In this document: positions 1 to 10,085 of the stretch, piece by piece
Layout of the letters: every line of letters begins with the position of its first letter
Numbering within the stretch: the first letter of the stretch is position 1
Source: an uncultured Actinomycetota bacterium
GTDB taxonomy: Bacteria > Actinomycetota > Actinomycetes > Mycobacteriales > Nakamurellaceae
NCBI GenBank assembly: GCA_963696175.1
Contig: CAVOJB010000004.1
Coordinates: forward strand, 650,152 to 674,151
Reading direction: 5' to 3'
Length of the DNA stretch: 24,000 nt
Program-made: the position numbers and the translations under genes
The notes under the pieces: model-generated
Databases searched by the model: none
Told to the model about the DNA's origin: nothing
Seen by the model: the letters and a program-made list of their open reading frames with translations, nothing else

Positions 1-2
1 CG

Positions 3-146
3 GTCGTCATTGCCGGCGACGTTGCAGTGTGGTTCGGCGAACTCGACGAGCCACGCACCGAAGGCCAACTGCTCATCCGGGCGCTCAACCCCGAGAAGGT
101 CTGGCTCGCACACACACACGAGCCTTGGCGACCCCCTACCGCGTGA
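3..146 (+). CDS. 3' end of an upstream gene (partial, function unknown)
   Basis: Frame 3 is open from the window edge to TGA at 144-146. It reads VVIAGDVAVWFGELDEPRTEGQLLIRALNPEKVWLAHTHEPWRPPTA with mostly G/C third positions. It is absent from the ORF track because it has no start codon in the window. No family can be assigned from 47 residues. Confidence 0.3.
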   Translation, partial: VVIAGDVAVWFGELDEPRTEGQLLIRALNPEKVWLAHTHEPWRPPTA

Positions 147-219
147 CGCACCGCGCCGCATCGTGTTGGCCGGACCGGTTCGGCAGCTGGGTTCCACGAC
201 TTGGTGCTTGGATGGTTGC

Positions 220-678
220 ATGACCGATCTCGATGGTGTTCCGCGCGTGGCAACTGCCAGCCGGGAGATCGCGGCCGGCGCCGGGCAGATCTTCGAGCTC
301 ATCGCCGACCCTGCCCTGCAGCCTCGCTGGGACGGCAACGGCAACCTGGCAGAGGCCGCCGCCGGGCAGCGAATCCGGAACGTCGGTGCGGTGTTCTCCA
401 TGACCCTCACCGGCGACGGCGCGGTGCGCGAGAATCACGTCGTCGAGTTCGATGAGGGCCGCCTCATTGCGTGGCGACCCGCCGAACCCGGCCAGCAGCC
501 GCCAGGACATCTGTGGCGGTGGGAACTCACGCCGATCGATGAGTCGCGAACCCTTGTCACCCACACCTATGACTGGTCTGAATTGACGGACGAGAAACGC
601 TTTGCGCGTGCACGGCGGACGACCGACGACAAGCTTCAGGCCTCGCTCGACGGACTCGCCGCAGCGGCCGAAGAATGA
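220..678 (+). CDS. SRPBCC (START/polyketide-cyclase-like) ligand-binding protein
   Basis: ORF 10..678 trimmed to the ATG at 220 (MTDLDGVPRVATASREI...). The ~150 aa size and the pattern IAAGAGQIFELIADPALQPRWDGN...HVVEFDEGRLIAWRP...WRWELTPIDESRTLVTHTYDW are typical of this fold family. The 70 codons upstream in the ORF are Arg/Ser/Thr-rich and not protein-like. Confidence 0.7.
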   Translation: MTDLDGVPRVATASREIAAGAGQIFELIADPALQPRWDGNGNLAEAAAGQRIRNVGAVFSMTLTGDGAVRENHVVEFDEGRLIAWRPAEPGQQPPGHLWRWELTPIDESRTLVTHTYDWSELTDEKRFARARRTTDDKLQASLDGLAAAAEE

Positions 679-796
679 GCCGACCCCCTGGCCCAAGGTG
701 CGCCGACCCGACGGGATCATCGTGTCCCTGGCCGAGCGAATCGGCTGACGCCACTGCCGAGTTGGAGACTGTAGCGACCGATCGATGGAGGTGCGG

Positions 797-2284
797 ATGA
801 CGAGGCTGAACCCGGGGGCGCGTGTCGCCGTGATTGGTGCCGGCCCGGGCGGGCTCGTGTCAGCGAAGCATGCCATCGAGGCCGGCTACGACGTCAGCGT
901 TTTCGAGGCGAGCGATGACCTCGGTGGGCAGTGGAATACCGCGGCCGCGCACAGCGGGATCTGGCCCGGGATGCGCACGAACACCAGCCGGGCAATGACC
1001 GCCTTCTCGGATTACCCCGCGCCGACGTCGCACGAACTGCACCCCTTGGCCGAGCAGATCCACGACTATCTCCGCTCGTACTCCGACGCGTTCGGGGTCA
1101 CCGACCGAATCCGGTTCAACACCCGGGTCAACGACCTGCGGCCGGCGTGGCGGGTGGACGGCGAGCCGTTCGATGCGGTCATCGTCGCGTCGGGACGATT
1201 CCGCGTTCCGGTGCTGCCGGCCGGCCTGAGCGGTTTCACCGGCGAACTGCTGCACGCCTTCGACTATCCCGGTGCCGACCACTTCCGGGGTCGACGAGTG
1301 CTGGTGTACGGCAACGGCGTCAGCGGGCACGAGATCGCCTCCGATATCGCGACTGTCACGAGCGTCGTCTCCGCGTATCGCAAACCGCGATACGTCCTGC
1401 AGAAGAACGTGTCCGGAGTCTCGTCCGACTGGCAGTGGTACACCCACATCGGCGCACTGCGGCGCGCGGCGATGTCGGCGTCCGGTTATGGCGCACTGCT
1501 GCGCGAGCGGGTGCTGCGGGTCGCCGGGAATCCGGCCGAGTTCGGGGCGCCCGAGCCCAGCGCGGACTTCCTTGTCGCCGGACATTCGCTGTGCCAGGAC
1601 TACCTGGAGCAGGTACGGGACGGTCACATCGTCTGCCGGCCCGCGATCGTGGACGCGCGCGGAGATCAGGTGACCTTCGCCGACGGCAGCTCCGAGCGCG
1701 TCGACGCGATTGTCTGCGCAACCGGATACCAACTCGACATCCCTTACCTGTCAAGAGATCTCTGGTCGGTGCTCGGTCCCGACCTGCGGCTGCACCTCCG
1801 CACGATGCATCCGGATCTGCCGTTCTTCGGCGTCGTCGGGCAGTTCGCCCTGCAGGGACCGTATTTCCCGCTGCTCGAACTGCAGGCCCGCTGGATCGTC
1901 GGCGCCTGGTCGGGCGACGGTCCCGAGCTGGATGATGCGGCAGCCAGAGCAGGTGTCGCCGCACCTACGCCCGCGATCGACTCGCACAACGTCCTCGCCG
2001 TTGCGCTGGCCGAGGCGGCGGGGGTGGCGCCGGATGTGCGGGCCCACCCTGACCTCGCCGAGCCGTTGTTGTTCGGTCCGATGCTGCCCGCCCGCTACCG
2101 CCTGGACGGGCCGGGCGCCCATGCCGACGCGGCGGCCACCTTTGGTGACCAGTTGGCCGCCTCCCCGCGCGCGTCGGTGGAACCGGACGACCTTGCGGCA
2201 CTTGCCGACGTCGGGTACGCCGACCTGCTGTCCCTGATCGGCACCGCGCAAGATCCGGATCGCACCCTGACCGACCGTCGGTAG
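797..2284 (+). CDS. Class B flavin-containing monooxygenase (FMO/Baeyer-Villiger-type), FAD/NADPH dependent
   Basis: N-terminal FAD fingerprint VAVIGAGPGGLVSAK...VFEASDDLGGQW. FMO-identifying motif FxGxxxHxxxY is present as FTGELLHAFDY. Second dinucleotide motif VYGNGVSGHEIA and the ATGY motif (CATGYQ) are also present. The start is placed at ATG 797 because GGAGG (787-791) lies 5 nt upstream; ATG 785 is the alternative. Confidence 0.85.
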   Translation: MTRLNPGARVAVIGAGPGGLVSAKHAIEAGYDVSVFEASDDLGGQWNTAAAHSGIWPGMRTNTSRAMTAFSDYPAPTSHELHPLAEQIHDYLRSYSDAFGVTDRIRFNTRVNDLRPAWRVDGEPFDAVIVASGRFRVPVLPAGLSGFTGELLHAFDYPGADHFRGRRVLVYGNGVSGHEIASDIATVTSVVSAYRKPRYVLQKNVSGVSSDWQWYTHIGALRRAAMSASGYGALLRERVLRVAGNPAEFGAPEPSADFLVAGHSLCQDYLEQVRDGHIVCRPAIVDARGDQVTFADGSSERVDAIVCATGYQLDIPYLSRDLWSVLGPDLRLHLRTMHPDLPFFGVVGQFALQGPYFPLLELQARWIVGAWSGDGPELDDAAARAGVAAPTPAIDSHNVLAVALAEAAGVAPDVRAHPDLAEPLLFGPMLPARYRLDGPGAHADAAATFGDQLAASPRASVEPDDLAALADVGYADLLSLIGTAQDPDRTLTDRR

Positions 2285-2445
2285 CCCTGGTGAATTTGTG
2301 GTCACCCGCTGGAAAGCACTGGACGTCAGGACACCTGGCCTTGTAGCTTGCGGTTGACCGTGACCTTGCCGAGGAGGTGAGACCCATGAACGCTGGATCA
2401 AAGTGGGTGCTCCTTCCTCCCGTCACTGTGGGGCGAATGACGTAG

Positions 2446-3981
<1,536 letters not shown>

Positions 3982-4005
3982 CCAGCAGCCGTTCAACTGC
4001 ACGTT

Positions 4006-4158
4006 ATGAGCAAGGGCGCGAACTTTCGAATCACCGTGATGGCGCTGGCTCTCTCCGTCGCGGCCTGCCGCAACGCCACCCCGACAAACACGACAACCAC
4101 CGAGGCGACGGCGACCGACACAACAACAACCGGCGGCGTTGAACCGTCCCGGGTTTGA
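4006..4158 (+). CDS. Possible 50-aa Thr-rich lipoprotein (below ORF-track size cut-off)
   Basis: ATG 4006 to TGA 4156-4158 encodes MSKGANFRITVMALALSVAACRNATPTNTTTTEATATDTTTTGGVEPSRV. It has a positively charged N-region, a hydrophobic core and a lipobox-like VAAC, followed by a Thr-rich tail. No clear Shine-Dalgarno sequence. It lies in an otherwise unassigned 334-bp gap. Confidence 0.3.
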   Translation: MSKGANFRITVMALALSVAACRNATPTNTTTTEATATDTTTTGGVEPSRV

Positions 4159-4315
4159 TGCACACCTTCCTTGTTGGGAAGGATGGGGCTCACCAGCGCC
4201 GCGCCGTGGCTGGAACAAGGCGCCCGCGCCGCTGTGTCATCCATGGCGAAATTTGTGCGCCCGAACTGCGCAGGCGGACACTCGAAACAACAGGTGCTGA
4301 AAGAAGAGGACGTCA

Positions 4316-5368
4316 ATGATCGAACTGCCGAGCAACGTCGACATCCGCGAAGTCGGGCCACGAGATGGACTGCAGATCGAGGCACCGATCAGCACCGAGC
4401 GGAAGATCCGGCTGATCCAGGGCCTGGTCGCCACCGGCGTGCGGCGGATCGAGGCGACCGCGTTCGTCTCGCCCCGGGCCGTCCCGGCAATGGCCGACGC
4501 CGAGCAGATCGCCGAGTACGTGTTGTCGATCCAAGGGGTGGAATGGTCTGGCCTGGTCGCCTCGCCGAACGGGGCGAGGCGGGCCATCGGCAGCGGGCTG
4601 CGGACCATCGAGTACGTCGTGTCCGCCGCCGACGGGCACAGTCAGGCGAACGCCCGTCGTTCCACTCAGGAGGCGTTGGACGCAGTCGCCGAGGTCGGCC
4701 GGATCGTGCATGACGCGGGCGGGCGGCTCGAGGTCATCATCGCGACCGCCTGGGACTGCCCGTTCGATGGGCCGACCGACCCGCGGCGCACCGCGTCCAT
4801 CGCCGAGCGGGCACTGGAGCTGGGCGCAGACCAGTTGTGCTTCGGCGACACCATCGGAACGGCCACCCCGGTGCGGGTCTGGCGGTTGTTTGACGCTGTC
4901 AGAGTGGCCATCGGCGGCGCGCCCGGTGGAGATCCGGTGCGATTGGGCGCGCACTTCCACAACTCGCGCGGCACCGGGATCGCCAGTGCGTTCGCTGCGG
5001 TGCAGGCAGGGGTGACTGCGCTGGACGCCTCTGTTGGTGGGTTGGGTGGCTGCCCGTTCGCTCCGGGGGCGAGCGGCAACATCGCCACCGAGGAGCTCGT
5101 CTACCTGCTCGACGACGCCGGGATCACCACCGGCGTTGACCTGACAGCTGCGCTCGAGGCGGCCGCGGTGGCCACCGAGCTCGTCGGACACCCGTTGGAG
5201 AGCAACCTGTTTCGTGCCGGGGGCCGAAACCGACCGCGGGCCGCGCAGCCCGCCAGCTGCCGAGTAGGCGAACGACCGGGACGCGCGCAGCTGAACAAGT
5301 ACCTGGACACCGAGTCCGTTCTGGTCGAGCTGACCGGCAGCACCCGCGATCCCTTCAACATCGGCTGA
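4316..5368 (+). CDS. Hydroxymethylglutaryl-CoA lyase-like (HMGL/DRE-TIM family) enzyme
   Basis: VDIREVGPRDGLQIE near the N-terminus, FGDTIGTATP, HFHNSRGTGIASAFAAVQAGVTALDASVGGLGGCPFAPGASGNIATEELVYLL. An AAGAGGA Shine-Dalgarno sequence lies upstream of ATG 4316. A ~50-aa C-terminal tail (NRPRAAQPASCRVGERPGRAQLNKY...) extends beyond the usual family end. Confidence 0.85.
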   Translation: MIELPSNVDIREVGPRDGLQIEAPISTERKIRLIQGLVATGVRRIEATAFVSPRAVPAMADAEQIAEYVLSIQGVEWSGLVASPNGARRAIGSGLRTIEYVVSAADGHSQANARRSTQEALDAVAEVGRIVHDAGGRLEVIIATAWDCPFDGPTDPRRTASIAERALELGADQLCFGDTIGTATPVRVWRLFDAVRVAIGGAPGGDPVRLGAHFHNSRGTGIASAFAAVQAGVTALDASVGGLGGCPFAPGASGNIATEELVYLLDDAGITTGVDLTAALEAAAVATELVGHPLESNLFRAGGRNRPRAAQPASCRVGERPGRAQLNKYLDTESVLVELTGSTRDPFNIG

Positions 5369-5418
5369 TCTCCAGACCCGCTGCGGTGCAACCGGTTCAG
5401 CCGGGATAGGGGTGCTGG

Positions 5419-7758
5419 TTACCGGCCGAGGTGGTCAAGAGCGGCATCGACTATCGAAGCCGGATCCAGACCGTGCAGGGCGTAGGCGTCAGGCAGGTTG
5501 CTCGACTGGCCGAATTCGGTGACGCCCAGGCACCGGATCCGGTCGCCGCGGGCGGCGGCCAGGAACGCCAGGGTGTGCGGATGACCGTCAAGAACGGTCA
5601 CCAACGGGGCGGGCGCACTGGGCGGAAACAGCAGGTCGAGGATGCCGCTGCCGCCCGCATCGGAGCGCCGACCGCGCTGCTGCAGGGATCGGAACACCAG
5701 GTCGGGACTGGTGAGGCAGACCACCCCGGTCCGGACGCCCAGCGTCTCCAGGTGTCCGGCCGCCTCGAGCACCTCGGGCATGATCGCCCCAACGCCGACG
5801 AGCGTCACCTCGTCGTCGGTTGCCGGGTGCGCGCTGAGTCGGTAGCCGCCGGCGACGGCATGCCGGCGGCGGCGCTCGGCGAGCACGTCATCCTCGGGTA
5901 GCGCGGCCAGCGCGGGATCGATCGGTCGGGTGCTCAGCCGGAAGTACGCCGATGTGCCGCCGGGCCGGCCGATCTGCGACATCGCATGCAGGAAGCACCA
6001 TTCCAGGTCCGGACCGAACGCGGGTTCCCAGGCAACGCAGCCGGGCTGCTCCAATCCAATCGACGGGGTGATGATCGACTGATGGGCGCCTCCTTCCGGG
6101 GCGAGAGTGACCCCCGATGGGGTGCCGACCAGGATGGACTGCCCGCCGGCGTAGATGCCGTAGGACCATGGCTCGAGGGCGCGGGAGACGAACGGGTCGT
6201 AAATGGTGGCGATCGGGATCAGCGGTTCACCCCACCGGCTCCAGGTCGCGCCGAGCTCGCCGAGCAGGCACACCAGGTTGACCTCGGCGATGCCGAGTTC
6301 AATGTGTTGGCCGTTGCTGACCGTCGACCAGCGCAGGACCCGCTCGGTGTCGTCGGCGAACCAGTCCGGCCGGTCGTGCACGGACCAGACTCCGGTCTTG
6401 TTGATCCAGCCGCCCAGGTTCGTCGACGATGCGACATCCGGGCTGCAGGTCACCACACGCGCCGCCGTTTCCGGTGCGTCACGCTTCAGGTCGGCCAACA
6501 GCCGGCCGAGGGTGGCCTGGGTGGACAGAGGCTTGCGGTGGCCGTGGGCCAGCGAAAGGGGGATCCTGATCGGCCGAGTCGGCGGCGTGGGCACCCGCCG
6601 GAGCTGTTCGCGCCGGCTCGCGCACAGATCGTGTTCGGCGCTGCCGGGCGGGAACGGTTGCCACGGGTCGGCGAGATCGACCCCGGAGCGGACCGCCAGA
6701 TCCTGCATCTGCGCCTCGGTGAGCAGGGCCGAGTGGTTGTTCGGGTGCCCCTCGGTCGGCAGCCCGTTCCCTTTGATGGTGTAGGCGAAAACGACTGTGG
6801 GGCGGCGGGTGTCGGCGTCACGGAAGGTGTCGATGAGCAGCCCCAGGTCGTGGCCGCCGAGATCGCGGACCGCGCCGGCAAGGTCGTCGACCGTCAGGCT
6901 CGCCACCAGCTCCCGCAGTTGCGGGCTGCTGGCGTCGCCGAGCAGTCGCCGGGCCACGTCCGACGGATCGGCGCGCAGCATGCGCTGGTACTCCTCGTTG
7001 GGCATCTGCTCGAGCCGGCTGCGCAGCTCGCCGCCGCCCGGCATGGTGAACAGTTCGCCGATCCGCCGACCCCACTTGAGGGTGTTCACCTCCCAGCCGG
7101 CCGAGCCGAACATCCCCTGCAGGCGTTCGATCTGGATGTCGGGCACCACCCGGTCGAGCGACTGCCGGTTCAGGTCGACCACCCACAACAACTCCCCCAG
7201 TTGGGCGACCGACGGGTCGGCGACGGCCTCCCAGATGGCCCCCTCGTCCAGCTCGGCGTCGCCGAGCAGGCTGATGAACCGTCCAGCGGGCGGTGCGTCG
7301 ACGAACTGGGAGCGGATGTAGCGATGCGCGAAGGCGGCCCACAGCGGCGCGGTGGCTCCGATCCCCACCGAGCCGGTGGAAAAGTCAACGGTGTCAGGGT
7401 CTTTGATCCGGCTCGGATAGCTCTGCAAGCCACCTTTCTCCCGCAAGGTGGTCAGGTATTTGCCGTCCAGGTCGCCGAGCAGGTAATTGATCGCATGCAG
7501 GACCGGCGAGGCGTGCGGCTTGACCGCGACCCGGTCCAGGTTGGTCAGCTCGTGGAACCACAGGGCGACCATGATCTCCACCATCGACGCCGACGACGCC
7601 TGGTGACCGCCGACCTTGATGCCGGTGCTGTTGGGCCGGCCCCGGTTGGCGGCGTCGACGATCGCCGTGGCGATCCACCGGACCCGCCCCGCGATCGAGC
7701 GCAGCGCGGCAATCGCCGGATCGTTGTCGTCGGTCTCGATGGTGGTGAGCAGCGTCAT
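5419..7758 (-). CDS. AceE-like thiamine-diphosphate-dependent E1 / transketolase-like enzyme (homodimeric E1 type, ~780 aa)
   Basis: N-terminal RWIATAIVDAANRGRPNSTGIKVGGHQASSASMVEIMVALWFH. ThDP-binding block LLGDAELDEGAIWEA...VVDLNRQSLD. The C-terminal transketolase-like part contains GVTLAPEGGAHQS. The start is trimmed to ATG 7758 (MTLLTTIETDD) with GAGGA upstream; the ORF-track TTG at 7836 would overlap the upstream gene. Confidence 0.75.
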   Translation of the reverse strand: MTLLTTIETDDNDPAIAALRSIAGRVRWIATAIVDAANRGRPNSTGIKVGGHQASSASMVEIMVALWFHELTNLDRVAVKPHASPVLHAINYLLGDLDGKYLTTLREKGGLQSYPSRIKDPDTVDFSTGSVGIGATAPLWAAFAHRYIRSQFVDAPPAGRFISLLGDAELDEGAIWEAVADPSVAQLGELLWVVDLNRQSLDRVVPDIQIERLQGMFGSAGWEVNTLKWGRRIGELFTMPGGGELRSRLEQMPNEEYQRMLRADPSDVARRLLGDASSPQLRELVASLTVDDLAGAVRDLGGHDLGLLIDTFRDADTRRPTVVFAYTIKGNGLPTEGHPNNHSALLTEAQMQDLAVRSGVDLADPWQPFPPGSAEHDLCASRREQLRRVPTPPTRPIRIPLSLAHGHRKPLSTQATLGRLLADLKRDAPETAARVVTCSPDVASSTNLGGWINKTGVWSVHDRPDWFADDTERVLRWSTVSNGQHIELGIAEVNLVCLLGELGATWSRWGEPLIPIATIYDPFVSRALEPWSYGIYAGGQSILVGTPSGVTLAPEGGAHQSIITPSIGLEQPGCVAWEPAFGPDLEWCFLHAMSQIGRPGGTSAYFRLSTRPIDPALAALPEDDVLAERRRRHAVAGGYRLSAHPATDDEVTLVGVGAIMPEVLEAAGHLETLGVRTGVVCLTSPDLVFRSLQQRGRRSDAGGSGILDLLFPPSAPAPLVTVLDGHPHTLAFLAAARGDRIRCLGVTEFGQSSNLPDAYALHGLDPASIVDAALDHLGR

Positions 7759-7804
7759 GAGGTCATCCTCGCGGGCCGCCGGTCGAGATGCAGTGCGGGA
7801 CTGT

Positions 7805-8887
7805 TCAACGACCTGCTGGGGGAGAGAGCGTGACAAGCAGGCCCGGATGGTCGGTGGCGCCGCGCAGGTCGATCAGTTCGGAACCGATGAGGACGAATTC
7901 GGGTGTCGTCGCGACCAGCTGCACGCCGCCGTCATCGACGAGCGCGGAATCGCCGGGCAGGCAGGACTTCACGTCCGCGCTGTCGCCGGATCCGAGGTTC
8001 AGATCACCACCGAGCACCACCGGCTCGGCCGGGTTCTGCTCGCGAATTCCGGCGATGACCGTGTCGAACAGGTACGCGCATTGCGCCGCTGCCACCTCCA
8101 GCTTGGTGTCGGTCAGGTGCGTGGTGCAGATGGTCGTGGCAGGCGAGGCGGCGACGCCCAGACACAGCCACGCCCGCTCCTCGGGATCATCGGTGTCCTG
8201 GCTCGGGTAGATCCCGGCACCGGCGGCGGATCCGGGTATCGACGGCCACCGCGAAAGAAGGCCGATTCCGTATGGCTCGCCATTGAGGCAGCGGTACGCG
8301 TCCCCGGTGCGCCTGTCGCCAGCTCCCTGGAAGGCGGACACGACCTGGCCGTCTGGAATCACCGCGGCGAACGCCTCTTGCAGAATCGGCAGGTCGTCCT
8401 GGCAGATCTCATTCAGCGTGACCAGGTCGGGGATCTCGGCCTGAATCACCGAAGCTGCCTCCGCCGTCGCACGGCCCGTGTAGCAGGCGGCGAAGCCGCT
8501 GTTGCACAGGTTCATCTGCAGCACACGCACCGGGGCGCCCGGTGCGTCGCCGGCCGGTGTCGGCGGAACAGTCGAGAGTTCAGTCGCCTGCGGGGCACTG
8601 GTCGGCAGGGCAGTCGTCGGCTCGGTAGCCGTCGGCCGGGTGGCCGTCGGCAGGGACGTCGTCGGCCGGGCCGGATCTGGCCGGGCCGGATCTGGTTGGG
8701 CTGTATCTGGTTGGGCCGTATCAGGCTGGGCCGTATCAGGCTGGGCCGTATCAGGCTGGGCATTGACCGAAGGAGTCACTGCTGTTGTGCACCCGGCGAG
8801 AACTCCCAGCAGGGCGCCGATGACCGCCGCCAGCAAGGCGGGGCTGCGTCGGTTCGTCAACGCCCGGTCTCGACGGACAGATTCCAC
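7805..8887 (-). CDS. Secreted lipoprotein of the endonuclease/exonuclease/phosphatase (EEP) superfamily with repeat linker
   Basis: Signal peptide plus lipobox (ALLAAVIGALLGVLAGC), a (QPDTA)n/Pro-Thr linker, then an EEP-like core. The core shows VRVLQMNLC, DLVTLNEIC, a WLCLGV...TTHL strand-His pattern, VVLGGDLNL and a terminal TDHPGLLV. GTG start at 8887. Confidence 0.75.
   Translation of the reverse strand: MESVRRDRALTNRRSPALLAAVIGALLGVLAGCTTAVTPSVNAQPDTAQPDTAQPDTAQPDTAQPDPARPDPARPTTSLPTATRPTATEPTTALPTSAPQATELSTVPPTPAGDAPGAPVRVLQMNLCNSGFAACYTGRATAEAASVIQAEIPDLVTLNEICQDDLPILQEAFAAVIPDGQVVSAFQGAGDRRTGDAYRCLNGEPYGIGLLSRWPSIPGSAAGAGIYPSQDTDDPEERAWLCLGVAASPATTICTTHLTDTKLEVAAAQCAYLFDTVIAGIREQNPAEPVVLGGDLNLGSGDSADVKSCLPGDSALVDDGGVQLVATTPEFVLIGSELIDLRGATDHPGLLVTLSPPAGR
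8668..8760. repeat. 15-bp in-frame tandem repeat, about 6 copies (codes for PDTAQ/PDPAR pentapeptides on the minus strand)
   Basis: Units GGGCCGGATCTGGCC / GGGCCGGATCTGGTT / GGGCTGTATCTGGTT followed by 3x GGGCCGTATCAGGCT, read directly in the sequence. They lie inside the EEP lipoprotein linker. Confidence 0.9.
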
Positions 8888-8987
8888 CAGTCGAGCATGC
8901 CGGAAAGGGCCGGCGTTGGCGCGTGCGCTCCACCATCCGCGGTCATGTCACGATGGCACAGTGGTGCGAGCGCTTGGCAACCAAGAG

Positions 8988-10085
8988 ATGGTGAACAGCA
9001 CAATGCCGTCACACCGACCCCGGCTTCGGCCCGTGCGGGGGCTGCTCTGCGTCGCCGGCGCGGCGCTGGCGGTAGCCAGCGGTTGCTCTTCCGCGCAGCC
9101 CGCCAATCCCGGCCCGGTACCAACGATGTCGACGGCCGCCGCCAGTAGCGCCGTGACCGCGGTCAGCGGTGAAACCCCAAGTTCTGCTGTGCTGGACCCA
9201 GCCTTGGCGCCGGCACCTTCCGAGTCAGCGCCGCCCTCGGCATCGACCGACCCGAACGTGGTGCCGGCAGCTTCCGCAACCGCGAGCGCGAATGTCCCCC
9301 ACCCGACAAAAGCGCTCGTCATCGTCGCGGAGAATCACTCGGAGCGTGCGGCACTGGAGCAGATGCCGTATCTGGCGGGGTTGGCGGATCAGTTCGGCCG
9401 GACCACTGCTTATCGGGCGGTGACCCATCCATCGCTGCCCAACTACCTCGCGATGGCCGGCGGATCAACGTTCGGTGTCAGCGACGATGACCCCCCCTCG
9501 AGCCATCCGATCGAGCAGGTCAGCGTGTTCGACGCAGTGATCTCCGCCGGGGGCACAGCCAAGACCTATGCCGAGGCCATGCCCGAACCGTGCGCCCTCG
9601 AGTCCGTCGGCCGTTATGCCGTCAAACACAATCCCTGGGCTTACTTTTCGTCTAGCACCTCGCGAGAAAACTGCGGGCGCTTCGACGTTCCGGCGGGAGA
9701 CCCCGGAAACGGAGCGCTGCGTGACGATGTCGACGCCGGCGCGTTGCCCACCGTCGGCCTGCTCGTTCCCGATATGTGCAACGACGGACATGATTGCCCG
9801 TTGTCGACGGTCGACGAATGGCTCGGCCAGTGGCTGCCGGTGATCATGGACGGAACCGACTACCGCGCCGGCGATCTGGCCGTGATCGTGACCTTCGACG
9901 AGGACGACCACACCGCGGACAACCTGGTACTGACCACCGTCATCGCACCCACCATCTCGCAGGTCGTCGCCGAAGCGCCCCTGACCCACTACTCGCTCAG
10001 TCGGTACCTCGCCGAATTGGGCGGAGCCTCCCCCCTCGGTGAGGCAGCGACGGCCACATCGCTGAGCAACACGTTCGGCATCTGA
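8988..10085 (+). CDS. Secreted lipoprotein, phosphoesterase family (acid phosphatase / phospholipase-C-like, PF04185-type)
   Basis: ORF 8502..10085 trimmed to ATG 8988 (or 9003). Signal peptide plus lipobox LLCVAGAALAVASGC, an Ala/Ser/Pro linker, then KALVIVAENHS, THPSLPNYLAMAGGSTFG, KHNPWAYF, VPDMCNDGHDC and VIVTFDEDD. The upstream 160 codons of the ORF are the antisense translation of the neighbouring gene's repeats. Confidence 0.8.
   Translation: MVNSTMPSHRPRLRPVRGLLCVAGAALAVASGCSSAQPANPGPVPTMSTAAASSAVTAVSGETPSSAVLDPALAPAPSESAPPSASTDPNVVPAASATASANVPHPTKALVIVAENHSERAALEQMPYLAGLADQFGRTTAYRAVTHPSLPNYLAMAGGSTFGVSDDDPPSSHPIEQVSVFDAVISAGGTAKTYAEAMPEPCALESVGRYAVKHNPWAYFSSSTSRENCGRFDVPAGDPGNGALRDDVDAGALPTVGLLVPDMCNDGHDCPLSTVDEWLGQWLPVIMDGTDYRAGDLAVIVTFDEDDHTADNLVLTTVIAPTISQVVAEAPLTHYSLSRYLAELGGASPLGEAATATSLSNTFGI

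Noticed and set aside
136-876. 246-aa minus-strand ORF overlapping the SRPBCC gene; similar long antisense ORFs lie at 860..1732, 1356..1964, 1751..2401 and 1965..2558
   Set aside because: These are typical high-GC shadow ORFs. Their products are Arg/Pro/Gly-rich with no motifs, and they lie antisense to ORFs with clear family signatures.
5369-5418. Bidirectional terminator between the convergent lyase and E1 genes
   Set aside because: Only 4-bp self-complementary CCGG elements are present. There is no stable stem or U-tract.
5986-7833. 615-aa plus-strand ORF
   Set aside because: It is entirely antisense to the AceE-like gene, which has strong ThDP-enzyme motifs. The product is low-complexity (R/G/P/D-rich).
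8502-8987. N-terminal 162 codons of ORF 8502..10085
   Set aside because: This is the antisense translation of the neighbouring gene. The real protein most plausibly starts at ATG 8988/9003, immediately before a signal peptide and lipobox.
8989-8997. GTTCACC (minus strand), a Streptomyces-type PHO-box core, at the phosphoesterase start
   Set aside because: Only a single 7-mer is present, it overlaps the start codon, and there is no adjacent 11-nt direct-repeat unit. Chance occurrence is likely.
7616-9148. 510-aa plus-strand ORF containing the GRIRLGRIRLGRIRLG tract
   Set aside because: It is antisense to the EEP lipoprotein gene. The repeat peptide is just the reverse-frame reading of the 15-bp coding minisatellite.
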